Below, in pieces: positions 12,413 through 24,020 of a stretch of DNA of 64,000 nucleotides (position 1 is the first letter of the stretch; the number at the start of each line of letters is the position of its first letter). Source of the stretch: Azolla caroliniana (taxonomy: Eukaryota; Plantae; Polypodiophyta); the NCBI GenBank assembly GCA_043228905.1, contig JBHGNT010000007.1, positions 3,720,001-3,784,000 on the forward strand, written 5' to 3'. The translations under genes were made by a program, and so were the position numbers. The notes under the pieces were generated by a model. It did not search any database and was not told the DNA's origin. It worked only from the letters and a program-made list of their open reading frames with translations.

Positions 12413-13393
12413 CAATGTTGCCTTTTGACGGCTAACATTGCTTGTCATGAGAATGATATTCCAAAAATTTTGCCTGTCAAATGGTTGTTTGTCAAAAAAA
12501 TTGCCCTTCAAAAAATAAATGTATCAAATATTCGTACTAAACAATATATTATACCCTTCTTCAATGTGTGGCCCATTCAATGAGACTCGCATTAAATCAT
12601 CTAAATGTTCTATATTCAATCCATTTCTTTTCATCTCTTTGATGAGATTTTGCTTAGAGAACCCTCTCTCACACGAAACCATGATAGATGGAATAACCAC
12701 AGTAGCGTGCTATAATTTCATCAAATGAGGGAAACTATCTTGCCAATCCTTCATTTTGCAAAACATACGCCAAGCTTCATGCACAGTATAGCCTTCACAA
12801 TTTAAATGTAAAGTGTCAACAAACCTATAGAGTTCATTTCACAAGCCTTTGCATCATGTAACATTTGAAGACATGCATTGACATTAATGATCAATTATAA
12901 CTTGTGTGTGAGAGACAAGGTGGGAAAGAAAGAAAGAACACAGTACAACTTGATCAAAGCAAGGGAGAGAGTCAGAGCGAAATCAAGAAAGAAGTAGAAG
13001 CAAGTGGAGAGAGAGAGAGAGAGAGAGAGAACCAAACAAACAAAAGAGAGGAATGGGCTAAAAATAGAAGAAGCCCTAAGTTTATTTTCGCACTATGCAT
13101 ATGTCCAAACACTTCTTCGCCTTTATCATATCACATAACATATGTTTACACATTTACCCTTCTCAAATAAAACTATATGCTATAGCCTATGAATTGTAAT
13201 TTGTAACTACTAATACATGTACTATTGTTTTGGCCTTAGCAAAATTTGACGGTATTAACAAATTTTAAACCTTCATTTTTACGTTTTTATAAATATATGC
13301 CTGTCAAGATTGACGGTTTCATTTTCAGATTAACCTTCATATACGGTTAAATCTGCCAAAAACGGTCAAAACGGTCGTCAAAAGGCAACAGTA
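12413..13393 (-). mobile_element. hAT DNA transposon deletion derivative
   Basis: Inverted repeats TGTTGCCTTTTGACG (12416-12430) and CGTCAAAAGGCAACA (13376-13390). Minus strand ~12560-12850 translates to FPHLMKL*HATVVIPSIMVSCERGFSKQNLIKEMKRNGLNIEHLDDLMRVSLNGP, a hAT C-terminal dimerisation domain. No intact TSD. Confidence 0.75.
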
Positions 13394-13502
13394 TGTACAA
13401 TAGTATCAAAAGCAAACGTTCATAGCAAGTTGGAGTCTTATCACATGTGGAGAAGTAGGTGTTTAAAGGTTCATAAGTTTTGTTGACAAAGTTTTACAAA
13501 AG

Positions 13503-13731
13503 CATGTTGTGAAAGTGAGGAGTTTCAAATATAGAAAAGCGTATTATCAAAATGAAAAGACACTCACAGAAAATAACATAGAGATTCTCTTTGATGTCGC
13601 GAGAGGTATAGGAAACATGTTGTGAAAGTGAGGAGTTTCAAATATAGAAAAGCGTATTATCAAAATGAAAAGACACTCACAGAAAATAACATAGAGATTC
13701 TCTTTGATGTCGCGAGAGGTATAGGAAACAT
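13503..13731. repeat. 113-bp tandem duplication (2 copies)
   Basis: CATGTTGTGAAAGTGAGG...GGTATAGGAAA repeated at 13503 and 13616. Confidence 0.92.
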
Positions 13732-14854
13732 TGTGATAACAATCAGATCATAGTGATTATCTAAAGTTGATGTATGGTTAATTAAGGTAGGCATGAGTGA
13801 GAGTGTGGACGTGGAAGTGCATGAATTCATACATATGCAACGTGCACAGTTGCTTATTTATTCACACACCTAATTTAACTACCAAATCACGAGCTTGAAA
13901 GATCGGTGTGTGCTATATTCAATTGATATGAGAACAATAATTGCACGTAAAGAGTATATGTGCAAGTGAAGGGGGCAGGTAAGCAACTCCATTGATTTTT
14001 GAAAGCTACACTCAAAAGACAAAGGAAAAAACAAAAACCGTAAAATAGTATTAAAATATTGTTGTGTGTGTGTTGGGGATGCGGTCATGAATAGAGAGCA
14101 AAACAAAACAAAAATGAAGTTAATAACAATAATCAGAGGGTAGTGGTTTCTATGGGAAGAGAGAGAGATGGGTATGTCGTATAGCAACAACAATGGCAAT
14201 GATGATAAGCTTCAATCAATGGTTATCATTAAGTTAATGATGATAATGTATAGAACCAACATTATGACGACAATGATTCACGTATAGCACCAACAATGAC
14301 AATGATGAATTTGGTCTTCCAATTTAAGTCTATGGATAAAAACAAACAATCTATCAATGCATGAATGTTCCACATGTATGCGATGCGACCAAAATCTATG
14401 TACAAAAACAAAAGTAGAAGAGATCTCGGAGTTGCATCATTTGACTAGAGCGTTCAATCAAAAGAGCAAATATATGATGCCAAAAACTGATGGACGATTG
14501 CCATCACTTTGGCCAGGACCATCAACTACTAGTGCTAATTCCCAAAGAGGAAGCGGTGAAATGGATGGACTTTAACAACGCCATGAGCCCTGAAAAAACT
14601 CCTACCATTGTATGGTTTGTTGGTATCTTTCCCTCAAATGTTGGTCATCTCAGCCTCACTTTCAAGACTCATTACAAATGTGCACTCTCATTATCGTAAA
14701 CTAATCCTACTGTTGTGTTCTGAGCGTAGTGGTTTTGTACTTTCTCAACATTGCCTTATTATAGGAGCAACTCGATTAGTCCTCACTTGTTTGTTGGGAA
14801 GCAAGTACATAGCTTTGAGTGCGCGGATGGGCACAAGTTATAATAACATGGTAC

Positions 14855-15163
14855 TAGGGATCAGCAACGGTTCGGTTTAGGCTTAGCCGGTTTGGCCTGA
14901 TCCAAGCCAAACGGTTTAGCCTAAACCGTTTACAGGATCTCAAACCTGAGCTGAAACGGCTTGGAAACCGGTTTCCAAACCGGTTTAGAAACCTCCCTCC
15001 CTCTCTCTCTCAGATGATCCACTATATACTATATACTATATACTGTACATTGTACAAGCTCTCCCTCCCACTCTCTCTCACGTCTGTGGTCTCGACTCGC
15101 TCCCTCTCTCCCTCTCTTTCTCCCCCTCTGTGTAGTCTCTCTCTCTCTCTCCCCTCTATGTAG

Positions 15164-15228
<65 letters not shown>

Positions 15229-15490
15229 GTCTGTGTAGTTCTCCCTCCCTCACACACTCTCTCTCTCTCTCCCATCGTCTGTTTAGTCTCCCTCACTCTC
15301 TCTGTCTCTCTCTTTCCCCTTGTCTCTTGTTTGGCAAGGCTCAAGCCGAGCCGAGCCGAGCCGAGCTCAAACCGAGCTCAAACCGTTAAGGCAAGTTCAA
15401 GCCTAAACCGAGCCGAGCCGAGCCACTAAGCCATTTTCAAGCCGGCTAAGCCAAATGGTTTAGGCTTGAGCCGAGTCGTTGCCATCCCTA
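14855..15490. mobile_element. Non-autonomous hAT (Ac/Ds-like) MITE
   Basis: Termini TAGGGAT.../...ATCCCTA; 8-bp TSD CATGGTAC (14847-14854, 15491-15498). Subterminal AAACCG/CCGAG repeats; empty site in the paralogous block at ~53957. Confidence 0.92.
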
Positions 15491-15567
15491 CATGGTACCC
15501 AAGGGTATTGTTGGGCATGGGTCCACTCACACATATATCTATGAATCTATATATCTATATAATCTTA

Positions 15568-15604
<37 letters not shown>

Positions 15605-15789
15605 TAGATTGTATGTATACAATTAAGATAGATCGATAAAGATAGAGAGATTTGGGTATAATACCACGGATAAGTGATAGATGGAGATGTATGTATTATG
15701 TATAGAGAATAGAACCCCCAACTACTCGCACTAAGATTTCTTCCTTTCTTGATGACCTCGCATTTACTGCATACCGCGTTGCACACACA

Positions 15790-15799
15790 TATAAATATA
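15790..15799 (+). promoter_or_regulatory. Likely TATA box of GRP gene 1
   Basis: TATAAATATA about 130 nt before the ATG; positionally conserved upstream of the other copies (~26999, ~54430). Confidence 0.5.
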
Positions 15800-15918
15800 A
15801 CTGAAAAAAGCAGCCTCCTCTCCACCACACCACAGTGCACACAACACAATACGCTCACTCTCAAACCAAACCGTGTAAACCGTATATGAAACCCTCTCTC
15901 TTCTTCTCTGCACCAGCA

Positions 15919-16635
15919 ATGAAGGTGGCCATGCTCCTCCTCCTCCTCCTCCTCGCTGCTTCTTCTTCTTCTTCTTCTTCTTCTGCTTCCTCTAAACTCT
16001 CCCCTACCGCCACCAAGTTCGAGACGTACACAATCTTCCAGGAGCCCGCTACCCCCGTGGCCTCCACCCAGAGCAGCAGCAGCAGCAGCAGCTCCTCCGC
16101 CTCCCCCCTCTACGTCTCCGAGTACGCTGTCTGCGCCCCTAGCGCCGGCAAGGCCTGCTCCGGCAAGGTCATACGATGCCCTGTTTCCTGTACGGACGGC
16201 TACTACGGCGGCAGCCCAAAGGGAGATTACAACGGCGGAGGTTATAACGGCGGCGGAGGGTACAGCGGCGGAGGATATGGGTGGAGATTTGGCAGAGGAG
16301 GGTACGGAAACGGTGGGGGCTACGCAAACAACCGCGGCGGATACGGAAACGGCGGTGGATACGGTGGTGGAGGCGGAGGAGGAGGAGGAGGAGGAGGAGG
16401 AGGAGGAGGAGGCGGCGGATACGGAAACGGCGGTGGAGGCGGAGGCGGAGGAGGAGGCGGATACGGAAACGGCGGTGGATACGGTGATGGAAACGGCGGT
16501 GGTTACGGTGGAGGCGGTGGGGGAGGTGGAGGCGGCGGCGGCGGCGGCGGAGGAGGTGGCGGCGCAGCTGGCAACCAGCTCTTCGCTTGCTCCTACGCTT
16601 GCAACAGCGGCTGCACGGCTACCTGCGCCGCTTAA
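15919..16635 (+). CDS. Secreted glycine-rich protein with 8-Cys scaffold (238 aa)
   Basis: Start MKVAMLLLLLLLAA (signal peptide; ATG conserved in paralogs), Ser-rich linker, C-x7-C-x6-CP-x2-C, 132-aa GGY/GNG-rich loop, C-x3-C-x3-C-x3-C end; single exon. Confidence 0.88.
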   Translation: MKVAMLLLLLLLAASSSSSSSSASSKLSPTATKFETYTIFQEPATPVASTQSSSSSSSSSASPLYVSEYAVCAPSAGKACSGKVIRCPVSCTDGYYGGSPKGDYNGGGYNGGGGYSGGGYGWRFGRGGYGNGGGYANNRGGYGNGGGYGGGGGGGGGGGGGGGGGGGYGNGGGGGGGGGGGYGNGGGYGDGNGGGYGGGGGGGGGGGGGGGGGGGAAGNQLFACSYACNSGCTATCAA

Positions 16636-17767
16636 AAATGAATGAATGCAAAATTGTAATTTGTATGCGTTTGATTCTTCTTCTTCTTCTTCTTCTTTTT
16701 ATGATGTTTTTGCCCAATGGGTTGTTATTATCATCATCATCATTATTATTGTAACTCCTTTTTTCTTTTTCGTTTTGCAATGAATATTCATTCATTCTAA
16801 TGTTAACGACTCAAGAGCCAGACCTCGTCTTCTCCATACATGCCCATGCCCATGCCCATGCCCATGTCCATGTCCACGTGTGTATGTCTGTTATTCGTTA
16901 ATTGTCTTACCTCTTTGTCTCTCTATATTTGTGCCTACCGTTATTTGGGGTATGTATGACTCTTTCGTCACACACACTTCAACACACGTTACAATCGGCT
17001 ATTTCATCAACCCCTCCGCATCAATATCTACTTCAATAGCTCATAATTTGAATGGAGGTGGATCATGTGAATTTCAAACTCTTGACTATCACAAAGAGAC
17101 AACATTGTGTACTGAATAACCTTTGCCTCTATTATGGTGTGACTAGACTCATTGTTCGTGTTTGGCCCATGAAGGGGAACCAAAGGGGGACATCAACATT
17201 TGGTTTTTAGTGGGCATCACTAAACAGTAGGGAAAAGATATGTCAAATTGTAGTAGGTGCCTTACATTTGGACATCATACATAAAAACCATTGTAGATAC
17301 ATACTCTTCCCTCCTTGGGGCTATGCTTGTTTTCTTTAGGGCCTATCTGGGTTGCTTCCCCATTCATTCCGTCCTCCTTATAGATTATTTGATGCTCTCA
17401 AGGTGGCTTCTTTATGTCATTATGCTCATTTCAAGTGTATTTCGCCGCTAGTTCTTAATATTTTTAACAAACCCTAATTGTGCGAAGAAAACTAGTGAGT
17501 TGACATGTTGATCAATCTATTGGTAGGAATTATGGTTTATTTGTAGAGCTCTTCATAAGTTTTGCCCCATATACACATAATTTATGATGATACATACATA
17601 CATACATATATAGAAGTTAATTCATATTAAACCCTTCTTGCAGTTTCAAAGAAATATTTGGCTACTTTCATAATTTCAAAGCAGAGTCTCGCGAATCGAT
17701 CTATTCTGTGTTTCTCGCGAATTTGATATTGTATTTTGGTCTATTATGGTAACTTGGTGGCGCTTGC

Positions 17768-20700
17768 TGAAAGAGTTTCACTCCGATTCGAAATCAGAAA
17801 TTGAACTTAGACGCAAACAGAAATGAGAAAGAACACACAATTTACGTGGAAAACCCTGATTCAGGGAAAAAACCACGGGACAGAGATTTCACTATGAGAA
17901 ATGACAGAATACAATCACAGAACAATGAAACCTGATTTGGTATGAGCATATACTGAAACCACGATTTCAGTCAAGCTCTTCAAACTCTAGCACGCATGCG
18001 ACTATTCCTTTCGAAGCTTTCGAAGCTTCTCTGTCTTTTCTCTTTTGCTTCACACTTCTTTTCTTCTTACTTAGCTTCTGAGTACGTATACTCTTGCACA
18101 GCCACCACTGTGCAGAAAACCAGTCGTTCTCAGATTTACAACGCACACACAACTCGTTTTCCTCTCATATATATATATCTCACACCCTCACATACGCTAT
18201 GTAGGTTTTCCCCCTTTTCTCACTATTTCACTCTTAGTGAGTTATCCCACATACGGGCGCACTACCAGGCCTGTCAGCATATATATACTAGGTCATTATC
18301 TTCTTTGTATGTAGAAGACATATGTATATGTATATGTGTGTCAATTCGATTGAGTACGAATTTGACTCTCTCACCGAATTCGATCAGCTAACCCCCCGAT
18401 TCGGTTCTTCGCAACTGACTATCTTTTGCTTTCCGAATTTCGACCAAATTCGGTAAATCGGTTTTTCGGCCGATTTCAATAATTCGACTCTTTTCGGCTT
18501 TTCGGCCGATTTCGACCAGTCGACACTCAAGTCGACTTTTCGGCCGACTCCCCCGCAAGGAGGGACGCCTTTACACAACAAACTCCCCCTTCACTCCTGT
18601 AGGGGGAGAACCAATCAAGCCAATCTTATTCCTGCACGCAACAAGTTTTTCCATAGGCAAAACTTTTGTGAGCATGTCTGAGCCATTTTCTTCAGTGGGG
18701 ATCTTAGATAGAACAAACTCATTTTCTTCCACTCTTTCTCTTAACCAATGGTACCTTCTTTGAATGTGCTTTGTACGAGAGTGGTAGGTAGCATTTTTAG
18801 CCAGATGGATAGCACTTTGATTGTCACAATGAAGTAAGTACTTGTCTTGCTTCAATCCTAGTTCATTCAAGAACTCTCTCATCCAAATTAGTTCTTTTCC
18901 GGCTTCCACTGCAGCCATATACTCAGCCTCGGTGGTAGACAAAGCCACAACCTTTTGCAATCTTGATTGCCATGACACAGCTCCCCCTGAATACATCATC
19001 ACATACCCTGATGTGGATCGGCTAGAATCTACATCACCCGACATGTCAGAATCTGTAAAACCTTCTAGTACAGGTTTCCCGGAGCCATATCTAAGACATA
19101 CATTCGAAGTTCCCTTGAGGTATCTAAGAATCCATTTCACAGCTTCCCAATGCTCCCTTCCAGGATTTCCCATGTATCTACTAACTGTCCCGACAGCGAA
19201 TGCAATGTCCGGCCTTGTGCAAACCATAGCATACATAAGGCTACCAACCGCAGAGGCATACGGCACTCTTCTCATCTCTGCCTTATCTTTCTCAGATTTC
19301 GGACATTGTCCTGAATTTAACTTACAGTCCATTGGCAATGGAGATCCGACTGATTTTGCATCGCGCATATTAAACCTTTGCAAAACTTTTGTCACGTATT
19401 TCTCTTGTGACAGCCATAGCAAGTTTTCAGTCCTGTCCCGGACTATATGCATTCCCAAAATCTGTTTTGCCGGTCCTAAGTCTTTCATGGCAAATGATTT
19501 GCTCAATGATTTCTTCAAGCTTGCAATCTTTTTGACATCCTGTCCAACAACCAACATATCATCCACATACAACAACAGAATAAGAAAGTCACCCTCATTA
19601 TACCTTTTCACAAATACACAATGATCGGCTTGTGTTTTGTGGAATCCATGTTCCAACATGAAGGACTCAAATTTCTTATACCATTGTCGTGGAGCTTGCT
19701 TTAAACCATACAAGCTTTTCTTCAACCTACACACGAGATTTTCTTTTCCTTTTACCTCAAAGCCCTCCGGTTGTTGCATATAGATTTCCTCTTCTAGCTC
19801 ACCATGCAAGAAGGCTGTTTTAACATCTAGTTGTTCGATTTCAAGATTCATACTAGCTGCCATACTCAAGACAGTCCGAATAGAGGTCATTTTTACAACT
19901 GGGGCAAAAATCTCATCGAAGTCAACACCCTTTTTCTGTTGGAAACCCTTTACGACGATACGGGCCTTATACCTGGGTGTACTACCATCTTCACCAGTCT
20001 TTAATTTGTAGACCCATTTGTTTCTAAGTGCCTTCTTACCATCAGGCAACTCCATCAACTCATAAGTTAGGTTCTCATGCAAGGAATCCATTTCTTCTTG
20101 CATGGCATTATACCATTTCTCCTTGTGTGCATCAGTCATGGCCTCTTCATAGCATTCTGGTTCCCCTTCATCAGTCAAGAGAACATATTGACTGGCTGGA
20201 TATCTAGAAGAGACCTTCCTTTGTCTTCGTGGATATCTTCTCCCTTCAATAATTGGCTGATGGCCGTTTTCTTCCAGCAACTCATCTTCCGACTCAGACT
20301 CGTGTGTGTCAGTCAGATGTTGGGTGTCGACCGACTCAGATTGTTGTTGGGTATCGACCGACTCAAATTCAATTTCATTAGCCGATTGTTGTGTGTGAGT
20401 CGGATCGACTAGTATTGACTCCATAGCAGTGATCGATTTGGGAGACAACTCTGGTCTTTGTTGCTCCCAGTCCTCGATTGTCTTGTCTTCCATGAATATG
20501 ACATCTCGACTTCTTATCACTTTCTTGTCAAGGAGATCCCACATTCTGTACCCGAACTCGTCTTCCGAGTACCCCAGGAATATACAAGGTTTGGACTTGC
20601 TGTCCAGTTTTGACCTCTGATCTTTAGCAACATGTACATAGGCCAAACATCCAAACACCTTTAAGTGCTGATAAGACACATTTCTCCTTGTCCACACTCT

Positions 20701-23448
20701 TTGTGGTACATCCCCCTTCAAAGGCACTGATGGAGACCTGTTTATGAGATAAACAGCAGTCAACATTGCTTCAGCCCAATATGATTTTGGCAATTTTGCA
20801 TGTGCCAACATGCTTCTTACCCTTTCCATTATGGTCCGATTCATTCTTTCTGCTAGACCATTTAGCTCAGGTGTCTTCGGCACCGTATACTCAAGTTTGA
20901 TGCCTTGAGTCTTGCAATACATTTCAAATTGGCCTCTATATTCGCCACCGTTATCTGTCCGGACAGCCTTCAGCTTTTGTCCGGATTCTCTTTCTGCCCT
21001 GGCATGAAACTCTTTAAAGACCGACAACACTTGGTCTTTAGACACCAGCACATAAGCCCACACTTTCCTACTAAAGTCATCAATAAATGTGACAAAGTAT
21101 TGTCCTCCACGATGAGATGGGGCATCAACATAACATACATCGGTGTGCACCAACTCTAAGGCATGCTCTCTCCTCATTGGAGGCCTAGAGTGAAACGCTG
21201 TTCTATTTTGCTTTCCAGCGAGGCAATCCACACACCTTTCCAAATGCACTCCTTTCACCTCTGGTAGGAAATCCTTTTCCGCAAGGATATGCATTCCCCT
21301 TTCACTCATATGTCCGAGCCTTTTATGCCACAACTCACCATCTGAGCCAGCCACTACATTTGCTTCCTCTCGACACAACTTCCCATGCATTACATACAAT
21401 GTGTTCTGTTTTTGGGCTCGAGCCACGATCAGGCTCCCTTTACAGAACTTCCATGAACCATTTTGGAAGCCACCGCTGTACCCTTCATCGTCTAGCCGTC
21501 CAGCCGATATCAAGTTCAACCTGACATCCGGAACATGACGTACATCCTTCAACATTAACCTGCAGCCTGTAGATGTTAGCAAGCACACAGTTCCTATGCC
21601 CACAATCTTGCATTCCCCGTCATTTCCCATCTTTACATGACCATAGTCACCCGCTGTGTAGGATGAGAAACATTCTCTTTTGGGAGTTAGGTGAAATGAT
21701 GCACCGGAATCCACTACCCATGAGCTCTCAGCACTTGCAAGATTCACACTATCTTGTTCACATATGAACAACATCTCTTCCTCACTAGTTGCGATGGCTG
21801 AGGTATTTTTATCATCGGAGATTTTTCTAGGTTCGGTCTCATCAGCCATGCCTTTGTCCTTCCTAAGATGTCGACAATTCTTTTGGAAATGACCAGGCTT
21901 CCCACAATAAAAACATGTTGGTCTTCCTCTAGATTTCGACCTAAACCTATCCCCATTTTCTAGACTTCTATGTTCTCTTCTACCTCTACTAAATTCTTGG
22001 GTCACATTAGCCTCCGATTGAGATAAAGTACTTTTATCCTTTCTTCTTGTCTCTTCATTTAGAATACTCGTTTTTACTACTTGCAAGGATAAGTTGTCTT
22101 CTTTACATGAAGTGCTGAGTGTTACTATTAGGTTTTCCCAACTATCGGGTAGAGTACATAATAATAGTGTGGCCTGCATACAATCATCTAGTGGGAACTT
22201 TGATGATGCTAATTGATTCACTAGTCCCATAAACACACTAATGTGCTCTACTATACTCTCCCCATCTACATACTTCAGTCTCACTATCTTCCTCATCAAG
22301 AAGGTCTTATTTAAGGCATTTTTCCTTTCATAGAGGGCGGAAAGCTTATGCCATAGCTCGAAGGCATTTGTGTCACTCGCTACATGTTGTAGGACACTAA
22401 TGTCTACACATTGTCTTATGGTCGCCACTGCCTTCCTATTTAGGATTCTCCACTCCGAATCTATTACCCCCTTTGGTATATCCTTGTTTTCTATGGGCTC
22501 ATACAAGTCTTTTACTATTAGGAGATCTTCCATTTTGATCTTCCAATCTGAATAGTTCTGTGCGTTCAAGACAATCATCCCAGGAAAACCACTCACGCTC
22601 CCTTCCATCTAGAACCTTCCGCTCTGATACCAGTTTGAAAGAGTTTCACTCCGATTCGAAATCAGAAATTGAACTTAGACGCAAACAGAAATGAGAAAGA
22701 ACACACAATTTACGTGGAAAACCCTGATTCAGGGAAAAAACCACGGGACAGAGATTTCACTATGAGAAATGACAGAATACAATCACAGAACAATGAAACC
22801 TGATTTGGTATGAGCATATACTGAAACCACAATTTCAGTCAAGCTCTTCAAACTCTAGCACGCATGCGACTATTCCTTTCGAAGCTTCCGAAGCTTCTCT
22901 GTCTTTTCTCTTTTGCTTCACACTTCTTTTCTTCTTACTTAGCTTCTGAGTACGTATACTCTTGCACAGCCACCACTGTGCAGAAAACCAGTCGTTCTCA
23001 GATTTACAACGCACACACAACTCGTTTTCCTCTCATATATATATATCTCACACCCTCACATACGCTATGTAGGTTTTCCCCCTTTTCTCACTATTTCACT
23101 CTTAGTGAGTTATCCCACATACGGGCGCACTACCAGGCCTGTCAGCATATATATACTAGGTCATTATCTTCTTTGTATGTAGAAGACATATGTATATGTA
23201 TATGTGTGTCAATTCGATTGAGTACGAATTTGACTCTCTCACCGAATTCGATCAGCTAACCCCCCGATTCGGTTCTTCGCAACTGACTATCTTTTGCTTT
23301 CCGAATTTCGACCAAATTCGGTAAATCGGTTTTTCGGCCGATTTCAATAATTCGACTCTTTTCGGCTTTTCGGCCGATTTCGACCAGTCGACACTCAAGT
23401 CGACTTTTCGGCCGACTCCCCCGCAAGGAGGGACGCCTTTACACAACA
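17768..23448 (-). mobile_element. Intact Ty1/Copia element (Tnt1/Tork-like)
   Basis: 813-bp LTRs 17768-18580 and 22636-23448 with 2 differences seen. TSD CTTGC both sides, PBS TGGTATCAGAGC (22621-22632), PPT at 18581-18590, single uninterrupted ORF. Confidence 0.97.
18571..22608 (-). CDS. Copia Gag-Pol polyprotein (1345 aa)
   Basis: CFYCGKPGHFQKNC knuckle, VVDSGAS protease, integrase D-D-E (HTDVC/RTDNGGEY/AERMN), RT LYVDDML, RNase H DSD...DNQSA. Confidence 0.97.
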   Translation of the reverse strand: MEGSVSGFPGMIVLNAQNYSDWKIKMEDLLIVKDLYEPIENKDIPKGVIDSEWRILNRKAVATIRQCVDISVLQHVASDTNAFELWHKLSALYERKNALNKTFLMRKIVRLKYVDGESIVEHISVFMGLVNQLASSKFPLDDCMQATLLLCTLPDSWENLIVTLSTSCKEDNLSLQVVKTSILNEETRRKDKSTLSQSEANVTQEFSRGRREHRSLENGDRFRSKSRGRPTCFYCGKPGHFQKNCRHLRKDKGMADETEPRKISDDKNTSAIATSEEEMLFICEQDSVNLASAESSWVVDSGASFHLTPKRECFSSYTAGDYGHVKMGNDGECKIVGIGTVCLLTSTGCRLMLKDVRHVPDVRLNLISAGRLDDEGYSGGFQNGSWKFCKGSLIVARAQKQNTLYVMHGKLCREEANVVAGSDGELWHKRLGHMSERGMHILAEKDFLPEVKGVHLERCVDCLAGKQNRTAFHSRPPMRREHALELVHTDVCYVDAPSHRGGQYFVTFIDDFSRKVWAYVLVSKDQVLSVFKEFHARAERESGQKLKAVRTDNGGEYRGQFEMYCKTQGIKLEYTVPKTPELNGLAERMNRTIMERVRSMLAHAKLPKSYWAEAMLTAVYLINRSPSVPLKGDVPQRVWTRRNVSYQHLKVFGCLAYVHVAKDQRSKLDSKSKPCIFLGYSEDEFGYRMWDLLDKKVIRSRDVIFMEDKTIEDWEQQRPELSPKSITAMESILVDPTHTQQSANEIEFESVDTQQQSESVDTQHLTDTHESESEDELLEENGHQPIIEGRRYPRRQRKVSSRYPASQYVLLTDEGEPECYEEAMTDAHKEKWYNAMQEEMDSLHENLTYELMELPDGKKALRNKWVYKLKTGEDGSTPRYKARIVVKGFQQKKGVDFDEIFAPVVKMTSIRTVLSMAASMNLEIEQLDVKTAFLHGELEEEIYMQQPEGFEVKGKENLVCRLKKSLYGLKQAPRQWYKKFESFMLEHGFHKTQADHCVFVKRYNEGDFLILLLYVDDMLVVGQDVKKIASLKKSLSKSFAMKDLGPAKQILGMHIVRDRTENLLWLSQEKYVTKVLQRFNMRDAKSVGSPLPMDCKLNSGQCPKSEKDKAEMRRVPYASAVGSLMYAMVCTRPDIAFAVGTVSRYMGNPGREHWEAVKWILRYLKGTSNVCLRYGSGKPVLEGFTDSDMSGDVDSSRSTSGYVMMYSGGAVSWQSRLQKVVALSTTEAEYMAAVEAGKELIWMREFLNELGLKQDKYLLHCDNQSAIHLAKNATYHSRTKHIQRRYHWLRERVEENEFVLSKIPTEENGSDMLTKVLPMEKLVACRNKIGLIGSPPTGVKGEFVV

Positions 23449-24020
23449 CTTGCTACTCAACCCAAGCACAATGACCAATTCTGTTAGTCAATGTTTCCTT
23501 CTGTAGTTAGTTGATTTAATATTGTGGCACCACCTGCTCATTAGTATGGTAAACTAACATTTCTTCACTATTGCGGCATCGCATCACTGCCTGCTTTTCA
23601 ACTAAGCACAATGATACTTCTATGAATTTTTTTGCAGTTCCTCTCATAGTAAGTTGAATTACTATTGAACACTATCAATGAATCCTACCAAGGTACTTGT
23701 TTTTTCAGTACTATTTTGCCTTGTATCTTTCAATTTAGGAAGACCTCTATACACATGAACCCTAGAAAGAATTAACCCTTCTTCAATGTGGATGGGCAAT
23801 TAGGATATTCATTTAAAGATTCATACATAACTGGTTGTTCAACTGTAAATTACATTGCTCTAAGTATAGAATTTTGTCTCTGTCGGTTTTGTTCAAATTG
23901 TTTGTTTGAGTTCACACACAAAGAAACTTCTTGAATTTGTTTTTTACATCAGATGAGATCATGTTACATAAATTCTGATTTCTAATGATTCTGTTTACAT
24001 GTTTGTTCCTTCTCTCTCAG

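Noticed and set aside
15029-15344. RE/SL-repeat ORFs from (GA)n (also 34051, 41000, 42255, 43073, 53449-53829)
   Set aside because: Microsatellite translations.
16277-16645. Poly-Glu and poly-Arg (protamine-like) ORFs overlapping GRP1; poly-Pro antisense ORF at 27426-27608
   Set aside because: Alternative frames of (GGN)n codons with no independent start context.
17967-18581. Duplicated short ORFs in LTRs (also 370-754/5916-6282, 48307/52196)
   Set aside because: They recur only because LTRs are duplicated; no protein motifs.
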